Shown in pieces: positions 20,798-30,970 of a DNA stretch of 64,000 nt. The notes beneath the pieces are model-generated. The model saw nothing but the letters and a program-made list of their open reading frames with translations. It searched no databases and was not told where the DNA came from. Made by a program: the position numbers and the translations under genes. Source of the DNA: Deferribacterales bacterium (GTDB lineage Bacteria > Chrysiogenota > Deferribacteres > Deferribacterales > Geovibrionaceae); the NCBI GenBank assembly GCA_050251875.1, contig JBFWMA010000007.1, forward strand, positions 1 through 64,000. The letters run 5' to 3'. The stretch's first letter is position 1, and each line of letters opens with the position of its first letter.

Positions 20798-23131
20798 TCA
20801 CTCTCCTTTTTCTTTTCCCAGAGGTCTGGCGGTCATAATGAGCGCCGGAGCCAGAAACAGGTCAGCCACCAGCGCCCAGCTGAAAGCCCAGCCGAACATA
20901 AACGCCATTTTCATGTATCCCGTCAGAACAGACGAAGACAGAGGCAGAAAGCCGATAACAAGAACAATCGTGGTGAAGACGATAGGTCTGCCCACTGTCA
21001 TATAGGTTCTTTTCAGTGCTCTGACATAGTTTCCGGTGTGGACGAACTCGTTTCTGAAACGTGTGAAAAAGTGAATACTGTCGTCCACGGAAACGCCTAT
21101 GATGATAGGAGCGAAACAGAGCAGTACAGCGTCCACAAACATACCCGTGAATCCGGCTATGCCCAGCGCCATAACCACCGGAAAGATATTAGGCACCATA
21201 CTGATGATGCCCAGCTTAAACGAGCGCATAACCACCAGCATCAGCAGAAAGACCGAAACCAGCGCCGCCAGAAAACTGGTCTTCTGCGCCTCTCCCAGCA
21301 GATCGTTCAGACGCAGATATCTGTAAATGCTTCCCGACATGGTGATTTTGATCGAACCGCCGAAGAGCTCATCCGCTTTTTCCAGAGCGGCGTCACGCAG
21401 GGCTCTGCATTCCGCGGTGGATATGGCGGATGTTCTGACTATCAGCCTGATCTTATCCGACTGAAACGCCACCAGCTTGTTGATATCGCTTCCGCCGGAC
21501 GCCTCGTACATCAGCATGTACTGAGCCACGGTGTCGTCCTTATCAGGCATTAAGTAGTATTCTGAGTCGTTGTTGTGCATCGCCTTGCGCATTTTCTTCA
21601 TAACATCCGCAATGCTGATCACCTTCACCGCCTCTTTTCTCTCTTCCAGATAATTCTGGAGCTCATCCAGCTTTTTCATAAAATCAGCTTTTTTTATTCC
21701 GTCCTGTGCTCCGGTGTCTATCATGAACTCGACAGACATTATCCCGCCCATCTTTTCACCCACGAAATCCATGTTGTCTCTGTATGGAGTCCCCTGCTTC
21801 ACCAGCTTCAGGGTGTTTGATTCCATCTGAACCCTGAAAGCGCCGAAAAGAAACACGGCGGTCAGCAGGATAAAAACGGCTATAACAGACTTAGGGCGTG
21901 ATGTTACCAGCAGATGTATCCTGCCGAGCTGTCTGTCGAAGAAATCGTCATCTGTGGTTTTTCTGGCTCTTTTCACGCCGCTTCTGCCGAAGGAATAAAA
22001 TGACGGCACTATCAGAAGCGTGATGACAAGAGCAAAGATCACTCCGGCGGCGATATATACGCCCATCTCTCTGTAAGGTTTCACATGGGTAACCACGAAA
22101 GAGAGAAATCCCGCCGCCGTGGTGAGACTGGTGAACAGCATCGCCATTCCGCTTTTCGCCAGCCCCTGCCGTATGCTGTCGTGTCTGCTCATGCCGTCAT
22201 CGGCGCAATCGTAAAAAGACGAGATATAGTGCATGGAATCAGCTATCCCCACACAGATAAGCAGTGTGGGAACGGATATCGTCAGCAGATTCGCCGTGAA
22301 CCCGGCTAAGGGGATGAACCCCATAACCCAGCACACAGATATGACGACCACTGTAACGGGGATCAGAACAGCCCTGATGCCCCTGCCCAGCCAGAAAAGC
22401 AGAGCCAGCATAACTATCACGCTGTATAGAAAAAGTTTTTTTCCGTCTGAGCCTACCAGATTGTTATAGTCATAGTTTGAGTTCGGACCGCCGAAGACAA
22501 AAATCTTAAGATCCTGATATTCACTCTTTTGCACAACACTGTTAACAGCCTCCGCCACGGTCTTTCTGGGATTCACATCCTCGTCTTTTGAGGGGTAGGC
22601 GGTCAGATCCAGATAAACAGCCATCATGCTTTTGTCTCTCGATATCAGATAATCGGTATAAGAGTTCTCCGTCAGCGCCAGAGAGAGCATCTCGTCCGTC
22701 TTCTCCTGAGTCTCCGGCAGATCATCCATGAACCCGGATATTTTCAGCTCGTCCCCGCCGGACTCTATCCATTCGGCGTTGCCCAGCCATATCATCTTTT
22801 TTACATACGGCACTGTGTTTTCCAGATCGGCGCTGAGACCGTCTATCTTTTTCAGCATTTCGGGGGTGAACTTCCCGTCAGAATTCTGAGAGATAAATAC
22901 GCTGACAAAATCATCGTTGCCGAAGTTTTTCTCCATATCCTTCATAACGGCGATGGATTCATCCCCCTCCACAAACCAGATGTCGGCGGAGTTGTCGAAC
23001 ACCATTCCCTTTGCGCTTCTGATAAAAAAAGCAGTCAGAACCACCAGAAGCAGAATGACCGCCCACCGGAAACGCATTATCAGTCCCGCTGTCCTATACA
23101 GCAGTTTTTCAGATTTAATATGATTATTCAT
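20798..23131 (-). CDS. MMPL/RND family transporter
   Basis: Two repeats with 'VGIADSMHY' and 'GVSVDDSIHF'; start MNNHIK (AGGAG SD). Confidence 0.9.
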   Translation of the reverse strand: MNNHIKSEKLLYRTAGLIMRFRWAVILLLVVLTAFFIRSAKGMVFDNSADIWFVEGDESIAVMKDMEKNFGNDDFVSVFISQNSDGKFTPEMLKKIDGLSADLENTVPYVKKMIWLGNAEWIESGGDELKISGFMDDLPETQEKTDEMLSLALTENSYTDYLISRDKSMMAVYLDLTAYPSKDEDVNPRKTVAEAVNSVVQKSEYQDLKIFVFGGPNSNYDYNNLVGSDGKKLFLYSVIVMLALLFWLGRGIRAVLIPVTVVVISVCWVMGFIPLAGFTANLLTISVPTLLICVGIADSMHYISSFYDCADDGMSRHDSIRQGLAKSGMAMLFTSLTTAAGFLSFVVTHVKPYREMGVYIAAGVIFALVITLLIVPSFYSFGRSGVKRARKTTDDDFFDRQLGRIHLLVTSRPKSVIAVFILLTAVFLFGAFRVQMESNTLKLVKQGTPYRDNMDFVGEKMGGIMSVEFMIDTGAQDGIKKADFMKKLDELQNYLEERKEAVKVISIADVMKKMRKAMHNNDSEYYLMPDKDDTVAQYMLMYEASGGSDINKLVAFQSDKIRLIVRTSAISTAECRALRDAALEKADELFGGSIKITMSGSIYRYLRLNDLLGEAQKTSFLAALVSVFLLMLVVMRSFKLGIISMVPNIFPVVMALGIAGFTGMFVDAVLLCFAPIIIGVSVDDSIHFFTRFRNEFVHTGNYVRALKRTYMTVGRPIVFTTIVLVIGFLPLSSSVLTGYMKMAFMFGWAFSWALVADLFLAPALIMTARPLGKEKGE

Positions 23132-23184
23132 TTCATACGCTCCTATAGAGTTAAAGCGTAATACTATCCGCACATCCTCCGTTT

Positions 23185-23204
23185 TTCTGCCCGCCGGCGG
23201 ATGA
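23185..23204 (-). promoter_or_regulatory. 20-bp putative AraC activator site, copy 3
   Basis: TCATCCGCCGGCGGGCAGAA (gene strand), 18 nt upstream of TAGTAT (23161..23166). Confidence 0.7.
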
Positions 23205-23255
23205 ATAATAGCCCTTCTGATGATGAGAAGCAGGAATAACTTTTAGGGGTATATT

Positions 23256-23275
23256 TTATCCGCTTCGGGGTAGCA
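23256..23275 (+). promoter_or_regulatory. 20-bp putative AraC activator site, copy 4
   Basis: TTATCCGCTTCGGGGTAGCA upstream of exbB; no clear -10 at +18 (CAGATA). Confidence 0.55.
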
Positions 23276-23312
23276 ATTTTTTAAAATAAAGCACAGATAT
23301 ACACATCATTAT

Positions 23313-23327
23313 TGAGATTAATTATCA
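23313..23327. promoter_or_regulatory. Fur box (7-1-7)
   Basis: TGAGATT-A-ATTATCA just upstream of exbB. Confidence 0.6.
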
Positions 23328-23353
23328 ATATCGCTAATCTACGGAGAGATTTT

Positions 23354-23788
23354 ATGAACATGCTAACACATTTGGTCGACTACGGAATTATCGGGATTCT
23401 CACGCTTCTCAGCATCATCGCTGTGGCTATATCGATAGAGAGGTTCTCTTTTTATAAAAAGATAGATACCGGCTCCTACATAACCGTACAGGAGCTGGAA
23501 TCAGCGCTGACCAGCCGTCTGCATCTGGTCGCCATAATAGGCAGCAATGCTCCTTATATAGGTCTGCTTGGTACCGTTCTCGGCATCATGCAGACCTTTT
23601 ATTCCATGGGAAACAACGGAACCACAAATGTGAACGACATCATGGCGGGACTGGCTCTGGCTCTGAAAGCGACAGCGGCGGGGCTTCTGGTGGCTATCCC
23701 CTCCATCGTGCTCTACAACATACTTCACCGCAGGGTCAATGTCCTGATACTGAAAAGGGAGGCGGAAAATGAAAGACAAAAGCTTTGA
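23354..23788 (+). CDS. exbB: TonB system energizer ExbB (short type)
   Basis: 'IGSNAPYIGLLGTVLGIM...LALKATAAGLLVAIP'. Confidence 0.92.
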   Translation: MNMLTHLVDYGIIGILTLLSIIAVAISIERFSFYKKIDTGSYITVQELESALTSRLHLVAIIGSNAPYIGLLGTVLGIMQTFYSMGNNGTTNVNDIMAGLALALKATAAGLLVAIPSIVLYNILHRRVNVLILKREAENERQKL

Positions 23789-24149
23789 CAGCATCAATGT
23801 CGTTCCGTTCATAGACATCATGCTGGTTCTTTTGACTATAGTGCTCGCCACCGCCACCTTTATAGCGAAAGGATCGATCCCCATCTCTCTGCCGCAGGCG
23901 TCTAACACGGAGAGCGCCCAGCAGGGGATCACCATCGATGTGTCGGAGGACGGCAGATTTTTTTATGACGGTAAATCTTACTCGCTTCAGGGACTTGCGG
24001 AAACGCTTCTGAAATATAAGAAGGACAGTTCCATAGTTCTCAGGGCGGACAGAAACGCGATAATCCAGAATTTTGTGGATATCATGAATATGCTGAAAAA
24101 TGCCGGATTCACCAACGTGCATCTGGAAACCGAGGCGGACAGCAGATGA
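23769..24149 (+). CDS. exbD: biopolymer transport protein ExbD
   Basis: 'INVVPFIDIMLVLL', 'LRADR'. Confidence 0.92.
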   Translation: MKDKSFDSINVVPFIDIMLVLLTIVLATATFIAKGSIPISLPQASNTESAQQGITIDVSEDGRFFYDGKSYSLQGLAETLLKYKKDSSIVLRADRNAIIQNFVDIMNMLKNAGFTNVHLETEADSR

Positions 24150-24865
24150 AAACAGCGGCAGTAAAATCAGTGGCAATACACGTTGCCCTTTTCACACTTT
24201 TATACCACGGAACAGGCTTCACCGGGCTGAAACCGGAACCAAAAAAAGTAACCATAGACCTATCGGCATTCTGTGAGCCTGCGCCCCAGGAGGCGCCAGT
24301 CATGCCCGAACCGCCGAAACCTGAGCCTGTGCAGAAAAAAGCGGAGCCGACACCAGCTCCGGTAAAGAAAAAAACCATAGCGAAACCGGAACCAGTCACC
24401 AAGCCGAAGTATGAGAAGGTGGCAACAGCGTCACCCGTGACAGCTCCCGCCCCGCCGTCATACATAGAACCTGAAACTGAATATATCGAAACAGAGCCTG
24501 CGGCGCCTGTTCAGCCCCGTCAGATTCCGGCGCAAAAAGATCCTGTGCCTGTGGCGTCTGCCGCTCCGGTGGCACATAAGAAGATATTCGACTATGACGG
24601 ATACAGAAACAGACTGGGAGCAAAGCTGGAATCCAGCAAAATATACCCTCTGATGGCAAAAAGAAGGGGAATAGAAGGACTGGTTAAGCTGAAGCTGAAA
24701 ATAGCCGCAAACGGCGCTCTGCTGGACTCGGAGATACTGGCGTCCAGCGGTTCCGACCTCCTGGACAAGGAAGCCATGGCGCTGGTACGCTCAGTATTTC
24801 CTGTTAAACATGATTCTGAAGATGTTCTCTATGTTGTCGTTCCCGTGATGTATAAACTCTACTGA
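24146..24865 (+). CDS. tonB: energy transducer TonB
   Basis: N-terminal TM with SxxxH; Pro/Glu/Lys-rich spacer; 'YPLMAKRRGIEG...SSGSDLLDKEA'. Confidence 0.9.
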   Translation: MKTAAVKSVAIHVALFTLLYHGTGFTGLKPEPKKVTIDLSAFCEPAPQEAPVMPEPPKPEPVQKKAEPTPAPVKKKTIAKPEPVTKPKYEKVATASPVTAPAPPSYIEPETEYIETEPAAPVQPRQIPAQKDPVPVASAAPVAHKKIFDYDGYRNRLGAKLESSKIYPLMAKRRGIEGLVKLKLKIAANGALLDSEILASSGSDLLDKEAMALVRSVFPVKHDSEDVLYVVVPVMYKLY

Positions 24866-24873
24866 GAGAGCTC

Positions 24874-26091
24874 TCAGTTTATCCGCTCTTCAGCGGTCAT
24901 ATTCTCCAGCCAAACTGATTCTCTGGTCTTCCACGCATAGAGAGTCAGAAAACCGAAAGCGGCGGAAGCCGCCAGAAATGGCAGAGACGGATCAAACCCA
25001 TAAAACAGAGTGCTCAGAAGAGGTCCGGTGATTATGCCGATCCCCTGAGCGGCGGAAACTGTCCCTGCGGCGGCTCCCTGCTCTGATTTGGACACGGCGT
25101 TGGCCGCCAGAGCCTGAAAAGCAGGAAAAATCATTCCCATGCCGGCAGTAGCCACACAAAAACCAATTATAAGACTCACCTGCGTAGAAGCAAACAGAGT
25201 GACAGCCAGATAACCCAGAGCAGACACGGCGGCGCCTGTCTTCAGCCAGTTTCTGGGGCTTACCCCGCTGATTCTGGACACGGCTATCTGAACCGCTATG
25301 AAAGCAAAACCTATGCTGGACAGGGCAAACCCGGTGACCTTAGAACTGGAGACCATATCGAGTTCCAGCCTGTCTATAACATAAAACCCCAGACAAACCT
25401 GAGAAGTAACCACGGAATACATGGTTAAAAATGCCGCTGTCATGGGCAGCCTCAGCCTCGGATCGAGGATTTTCAGCGGTTCTGTCTTCTCCGTGTGAGC
25501 GGGTTTGGACTGTTTCAGAAAAAGATAGATTACCACCGCCGCCATAGCCGGCATAACAGCCGCCGCAAACAGAGGCACAGCCAGCCCGAACACAGCCAGA
25601 GCGCCGCCCAGAGCGGGACCCACTATCATGCCTATCCCGTTGGAAGCTCCCAGAACAGCCATCATGGACGCTCTCTTCTCCGGAGACGTGCTGTCCGCCA
25701 CCACGGCGGCGGATACTGGAGGAATAGCTGAATAAAACGCTCCTATCATCCCTCGGGTCAGCATCAGGAGAATAACCGAAACTATGACCGAAGGGGGATT
25801 CTTTACAGCGAAACTGATAAAAAGAGACAGCAGAAAATATGACATGGCAAATCCCGCTATCCCTGTGAAAAGAACAGGTCTGCGCCCTTTCACATCGCTC
25901 TTTCTGCCCCAGAATCTTGCCGTGAGTATCCAGAGAACACCGCCCAGAGCCACCGACAGCCCGGCGTGCCACTCCATGAGCCCCAGCTCCCTGACTATGG
26001 GACCCACCACAGCCAGAAAAGACATCATGGCGGCGACACATAATATATTCACAGCCACTATAGACTTAACCGCTTTTGAGTTTTCTTTCAT
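24874..26091 (-). CDS. MFS transporter (DHA1/TetA-like)
   Basis: About 12 TMs; motif A 'WGRKSDVKGRRPV'; 'GMIVGPALGG'. Confidence 0.88.
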   Translation of the reverse strand: MKENSKAVKSIVAVNILCVAAMMSFLAVVGPIVRELGLMEWHAGLSVALGGVLWILTARFWGRKSDVKGRRPVLFTGIAGFAMSYFLLSLFISFAVKNPPSVIVSVILLMLTRGMIGAFYSAIPPVSAAVVADSTSPEKRASMMAVLGASNGIGMIVGPALGGALAVFGLAVPLFAAAVMPAMAAVVIYLFLKQSKPAHTEKTEPLKILDPRLRLPMTAAFLTMYSVVTSQVCLGFYVIDRLELDMVSSSKVTGFALSSIGFAFIAVQIAVSRISGVSPRNWLKTGAAVSALGYLAVTLFASTQVSLIIGFCVATAGMGMIFPAFQALAANAVSKSEQGAAAGTVSAAQGIGIITGPLLSTLFYGFDPSLPFLAASAAFGFLTLYAWKTRESVWLENMTAEERIN

Positions 26092-26101
26092 TTCATCCTC
26101 C

Positions 26102-27349
26102 TTACTGTTCTGTGACAGTTTTCAGCTCCACGGCACGCACTTCCTCATCGGAAGGATGCCTGTAAAGCACAGCGGCGGCGCCCGCCGCCAGAAATGCGAG
26201 CATGGACGCTATGGATATCATAGTCACATATCCCGCCACGCCAGCCATAGCCGTTCCGGCGAACCCGCTGAAAAAACCCACCATCAGATAAAAACTGTGC
26301 TGCATGGCAAAATCTGTCGCCGGTTTTTCGCCGGAGACCTGATCCATCATAATGGTGGAAAGCAGGGTTGCGCTGGGGCTGTATACTATCAGTATCATAC
26401 ATACGCTGATGAGCACTGTGACCGTTCCGCTGTGTCCGCTAACAGGCAGAAGCATGAGCAGAACAGTCGCTCCCTGAGCCAGAGAGAGCCCGACCAGCAT
26501 CTTTCTGCGCCCGAATTTTTTTATCATCATCCCGGCGAAGAAAGCAGAAACCGCCCCCACAGCCGAACCTATAACATTCACCACCAGACCTATGACATCC
26601 AGCCGCCATCCGCTGTCCACCAGAATGGGAGATATCAGCGTATAAGCGATACATATGCCTATAGGATAAAAGAAAAGAAGCAGGAGCCATCTGAGCCTGC
26701 CGTTCAGCCAGAACCGGAAGAAATACTTCGCATACCCGGCTCCGCCTATGACATGGGGTCTGAAAACAGGCTCTTTGAAGAATATAAGCTGAACGAATGA
26801 GACCGAAGTGAGAAACGCCAGCACCCAGAGACAATTCTCCCAGCCCAGCCAGGCATAGAGCATCAGCCCGGCTCCGCCGCCTATCATATATCCCAGCATA
26901 CCGCCGGATATTTTTACAGCGTTGCCTATGCCTCTGTCCCGCTCACTCAGAAGCCCGTATGCCAGAGCGTCCACCACCACATCCTGTGTGGATGAGATAA
27001 AACCTATGAACACGCCGATCAGCATCAGCGCCTTCATGTTCTCCCCGACTGTGAGCCCGGATGTTATCAGCAGCGACACTACAAGAAAAAACTGGAATAT
27101 CAGCAGCCAGCCTTTGTATTTCCACCTTTTCACAGGGGAATATCTGTCTATGACAGGCGCCCAGAGAAATTTCAGCATCCAGAAGAACCCCAGCAGATAT
27201 ATCACGCTGATGCTCTGCAATGACGCTCCGTTTTTCCGCATTATGGCGACAAGCGCCTCTATGAAGAAACTGAAGCCCAGATACTGGGTGATATACAGCG
27301 AGCCCAGAAGGACAAGCTCCCTGACGGTGACCCTTCTGTCGTTATACAT
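26102..27349 (-). CDS. MFS siderophore permease (YbtX/FptX/RhtX, AmpG-like)
   Basis: 'LYITQYL', 'WMLKFLWAPVIDRY', 'SSTQDVVVDALA'; start MYNDRR after GGAGG. Confidence 0.85.
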   Translation of the reverse strand: MYNDRRVTVRELVLLGSLYITQYLGFSFFIEALVAIMRKNGASLQSISVIYLLGFFWMLKFLWAPVIDRYSPVKRWKYKGWLLIFQFFLVVSLLITSGLTVGENMKALMLIGVFIGFISSTQDVVVDALAYGLLSERDRGIGNAVKISGGMLGYMIGGGAGLMLYAWLGWENCLWVLAFLTSVSFVQLIFFKEPVFRPHVIGGAGYAKYFFRFWLNGRLRWLLLLFFYPIGICIAYTLISPILVDSGWRLDVIGLVVNVIGSAVGAVSAFFAGMMIKKFGRRKMLVGLSLAQGATVLLMLLPVSGHSGTVTVLISVCMILIVYSPSATLLSTIMMDQVSGEKPATDFAMQHSFYLMVGFFSGFAGTAMAGVAGYVTMISIASMLAFLAAGAAAVLYRHPSDEEVRAVELKTVTEQ

Positions 27350-29129
27350 CGCCGCCTCCGGAAGCCAGATTCCAGTTTTTCGCCCTCTGCTGGGCTTCCC
27401 ACATATCAAAATATCTGCCCTTCTTGTCCATCAGCTCGTGATGTGTTCCCTGCTCCGCCAGACTGCCTTCATCTATCACCAGAATATTATCAGCGCCCTT
27501 AACGGTGGACAGCCTGTGGGCTATCACTATCACGGTTCTGTCCTTCACCAGAACATCCACCGCTTTCTGCACAGCCTCTTCGCTCTCTGTGTCCAGGGCG
27601 GCAGTGGGCTCGTCCAGAATGACGATGGGGGCGTTTTTCAGGATGGCTCTGGCGATGCTGATCCTCTGGCGCTCTCCGCCGGAAAGGCTTCCGCCTATGT
27701 CTCCGGTGCGGGTATAATATCCTTCAGGAAGCCTGCTGATGAACTCATGACAGTAAGCGGCGTCCGCCGCCGCCCTGACCTCATCGTCCGTTGCGTCCGG
27801 TCTGCCCATTCTGATGTTGTTGATAATTGTGTCGTCAAACAGATATACGTCCTGAAACACTACCGAGATGTATTTCATCAGCTCCGCCTGCTCCAGCGAC
27901 CTGATATCCGCCCCGCCTAAGGTTACTGTCCCGGACGAGGGATCGCCGTACCGCATCATCAGCTTGGTCACGGTGGTTTTTCCCGATCCGGATGGACCTA
28001 CTATGGCTGTCAGTGACCTGTACGGAATTTTAAAAGAAATGTTTCTCACTGCGGGCTGTTTTTCGCCCTCATAGCAGAAAGTAACATCGGAAAACTCTAT
28101 GTCGTATCCGTCCGGTCCGCTCCCGCTCCGGATAATATCCAGCTCTTTGGCGTCCAGAAGCGATCTGATTCTGGTGAACGCTGACTGCACTGTATCGAAA
28201 ACATTTGTCACGTTCACATAGAGAGATATCGGTTCGGCAAATCTGGCGACTGCTATCAGAAGACCTGCGAGCACATAGATATGCAGACTGCCGGAATGTA
28301 CGAAAAACCCGCCGAGAATCAGCACGGACAGAAGCCCGATCTCCACCAGAGAAGTGATAAACAGCGCCGGCAGAGACCCTTTCATCAGACCGTCTGCCTG
28401 TGCCTTTCTAAGGTGTTTTACAGACTTCTGAAGCCTTTGTGATTTCACCCCAGTCTGGTTGACGGCACGGAGCACAGGAAGCCCCTGAGTGTATTCTATG
28501 ATGTCTGACTCCACATCCGCATGCGCCTGAACCACCTCTTCCTTCTCCTCCTGAGAAGCCCTCCTGCGCCACCTATACAACGGAAAGCCCAGAGGCATTA
28601 TCACCAGCATGGCAAGCCCCAGACGCCAGTCGGTCAACAGCGCCGCTATGATAACCAGTGACGGAACGACAATGATCTGTATCAGCAGAGAGCCGACAAC
28701 GCCTATATGCAGAACTGACTCATCCACATTGGCGGAAAAAACTGAGTTAAGGTCTCCAGTGCGGTATTTAAACAGCTTTTCCAGAGCTATGCTCCGTATC
28801 TTCCTGCCCAGCTTCATCCGCAGGCTGTGCGTCACATCCACTATATTTCCAGTGTAGTCAAAATCATGACCGAACCAGCGGGCGGAAACATCTATCAGCC
28901 CGAAAAGAGCCATGATTCCCAGCCATTTCCATGCGCTGTCAGTGTCTGCCGGCTGTGAAAAGAGAGCCCGCATCAGCGGAAGAAAACAGACGAAGGTCAT
29001 TCCCTGCGCAAAAAACGAGAGAAAGAAAAACCTGACGCTTCTGCGGTATGCCGGAGCCTGATCTCCGGAAATATCCTGTGCCTGTCTGTATGTTTCAAGG
29101 ATTGACAAATATTTATTTTTTCCGGACAT
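27342..29129 (-). CDS. ABC fused permease/ATPase, YbtQ/IrtB-like
   Basis: TMD plus GPSGSGKT, LSGGERQR and ILDEPT; start MSGKNK. Confidence 0.9.
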   Translation of the reverse strand: MSGKNKYLSILETYRQAQDISGDQAPAYRRSVRFFFLSFFAQGMTFVCFLPLMRALFSQPADTDSAWKWLGIMALFGLIDVSARWFGHDFDYTGNIVDVTHSLRMKLGRKIRSIALEKLFKYRTGDLNSVFSANVDESVLHIGVVGSLLIQIIVVPSLVIIAALLTDWRLGLAMLVIMPLGFPLYRWRRRASQEEKEEVVQAHADVESDIIEYTQGLPVLRAVNQTGVKSQRLQKSVKHLRKAQADGLMKGSLPALFITSLVEIGLLSVLILGGFFVHSGSLHIYVLAGLLIAVARFAEPISLYVNVTNVFDTVQSAFTRIRSLLDAKELDIIRSGSGPDGYDIEFSDVTFCYEGEKQPAVRNISFKIPYRSLTAIVGPSGSGKTTVTKLMMRYGDPSSGTVTLGGADIRSLEQAELMKYISVVFQDVYLFDDTIINNIRMGRPDATDDEVRAAADAAYCHEFISRLPEGYYTRTGDIGGSLSGGERQRISIARAILKNAPIVILDEPTAALDTESEEAVQKAVDVLVKDRTVIVIAHRLSTVKGADNILVIDEGSLAEQGTHHELMDKKGRYFDMWEAQQRAKNWNLASGGGDV

Positions 29130-30909
29130 CGTTTCCTCCGTTTCTGTGCAGATCCCACGCCTGAGCCCTTTCATAGCTCTGCCACAGACGGGCGTACAGA
29201 CCGCCGTTTTCTATCAGCCCTGTATGAGTGCCGGACTCCACCGCCTGACCGCCGTCAAAAACCACTATCTGATCGGCGTCCTTTATGCTGGAAAGCCTGT
29301 GAGCGATGACTATCACTGTTTTGTTCTTCATCAGCATGGCGAGCGCCTTTATAATCTCCTCTTCGTTCTCCGGATCGGCAAACGCTGTCGCCTCGTCCAG
29401 AACAACGATGGGGGCGTTGTGCAGAATAGCCATGGCTATTGTTATCCTCTGTTTCTGACCGCCGGACAGCCGAACGCCTCTGTCTCCGGCTATGGTGTCG
29501 TATCCGTCCGGCAGAGACATTATGAATTCATGAATCTGGGCTGAACCAGCGGCCTTCATGACATCGACATCAGTTGCTTTCGGATTTGCCATTCTGATGT
29601 TTTCCCTAAGCGTATCGTTAAAAAGAAAAGTGTCCTGAAAAACAAAAGAGACTGCCTTCATAAGCGTCTCAGTGGGAATTTTCCTGATATCCGCCCCGCC
29701 GATGATAACCGACCCGGCATCCACATCCCAGAATCTGGGAATCAGCTTCGCCACTGTGCTTTTTCCGGCTCCGGAAGGTCCCACCAGGGCTGTCACAGTC
29801 CCGGCAGCGGCTGTAAAGCTGACATCTTTCAGGGCGTATTCATCCCTGTTCTCATATTTGAAAAAAACATTTCTGAACTCTATGGAGGAATCTTTCGGAA
29901 ACTCCATCTGTTCCGGCTCGGTCAGAACCGGAGAGTTCATTATGTCCTGTATTCTCAGGGCGCTCGCCTCGGATTTTTTTATAAAATTAGATATCCACAT
30001 CAGAGGCATCATGGCATCTGCCATCCCCGTGCTCAGCAGAATGGAGGCAGTGAGCGAAAAGACGTCCATAGAGCCTCTGCTCATCAGCCATATCCCCGCC
30101 GCTGTCACAGTCAGAAGTGTCGGGAGCGGGCTGAGTATCATCATGCCCAGTCTGGCGGGAACACCTGTTACCGCTATCCATTTTTTCAGGGATGTTCTGT
30201 AATCCTCCATGGAATCGTTGAACCTGCGGAATGAGCTGGTGCCGTCATCGAAAATCCGGACAACGGGCATCGCCTGAACATATTCGATAACCGCAGAGTT
30301 GATGCTCTCCTGACTTCTGTCATACTGCTTTCTGTGCTCCACGGAATCCCGCATCACAAAAAACATAAGCACCCCGCCGGCGACAAGCACCGCCACAGAC
30401 GCTGTCGCCAGCCTCCAGTCGATGATATACATCACAACAAGCGAAGCCAAAGGAGCCGCCGTGCTGCGCCCCACAAACGGCGTGGTGTCCGCCACGAAGG
30501 CATGCAGGTTTTTCACGTCATCCAGCATCACCTTCTTCAGCGTGCCTGACCCTGTGCCTATTATATAGCCCAGAGGAACACGGGCGAGATGAGCGGACAA
30601 ACGGGTGCGCAGAATCTCTTCCAGATGAAAAGCACCCAGATGAGATATTCTGAACGCCGCCCCTCTGGACATATATGCTATTACCGTGGTTATCAGCAGA
30701 AAAATAACGGACGTGCCCACAGTCAGCCCTATGTCTCCGGCGGGATGTTCTCCGGCGATCAGAGAAAGGGTGTAGGCTATCAGCACCAAAGACAGGATGG
30801 AAACAAACGCCGCGAATCCGGCGAGAAACATGGCAGACCGGATCTCGGTCATCACGGGGGACATAATAGGCCACAGTCCCTTTTTGGAATCTTTCTTCTC
30901 AGTTTTCAT
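29113..30909 (-). CDS. ABC fused permease/ATPase, YbtP/IrtA-like
   Basis: 'SHLGAFHLEEILR..L..HLARVPLG', GPSGAGKS, LSGGQKQR, 'LDEATAFADPENE'. Confidence 0.9.
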   Translation of the reverse strand: MKTEKKDSKKGLWPIMSPVMTEIRSAMFLAGFAAFVSILSLVLIAYTLSLIAGEHPAGDIGLTVGTSVIFLLITTVIAYMSRGAAFRISHLGAFHLEEILRTRLSAHLARVPLGYIIGTGSGTLKKVMLDDVKNLHAFVADTTPFVGRSTAAPLASLVVMYIIDWRLATASVAVLVAGGVLMFFVMRDSVEHRKQYDRSQESINSAVIEYVQAMPVVRIFDDGTSSFRRFNDSMEDYRTSLKKWIAVTGVPARLGMMILSPLPTLLTVTAAGIWLMSRGSMDVFSLTASILLSTGMADAMMPLMWISNFIKKSEASALRIQDIMNSPVLTEPEQMEFPKDSSIEFRNVFFKYENRDEYALKDVSFTAAAGTVTALVGPSGAGKSTVAKLIPRFWDVDAGSVIIGGADIRKIPTETLMKAVSFVFQDTFLFNDTLRENIRMANPKATDVDVMKAAGSAQIHEFIMSLPDGYDTIAGDRGVRLSGGQKQRITIAMAILHNAPIVVLDEATAFADPENEEEIIKALAMLMKNKTVIVIAHRLSSIKDADQIVVFDGGQAVESGTHTGLIENGGLYARLWQSYERAQAWDLHRNGGNDVRKK

Positions 30910-30970
30910 TATTGATATCCCTGTGTGAAACTTTTTTTGCACAGGGATTATCATCCTTCGACAGTATCTT

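Noticed and set aside
23132..23173. Longer upstream starts given by the ORF track (e.g. 711, 4078, 8934, 23173, 27409, 29174, 30954, 42210, 58723, 60505, 63540)
   Set aside because: Downstream ATGs have SD sequences, signal peptides or promoter elements that fit better
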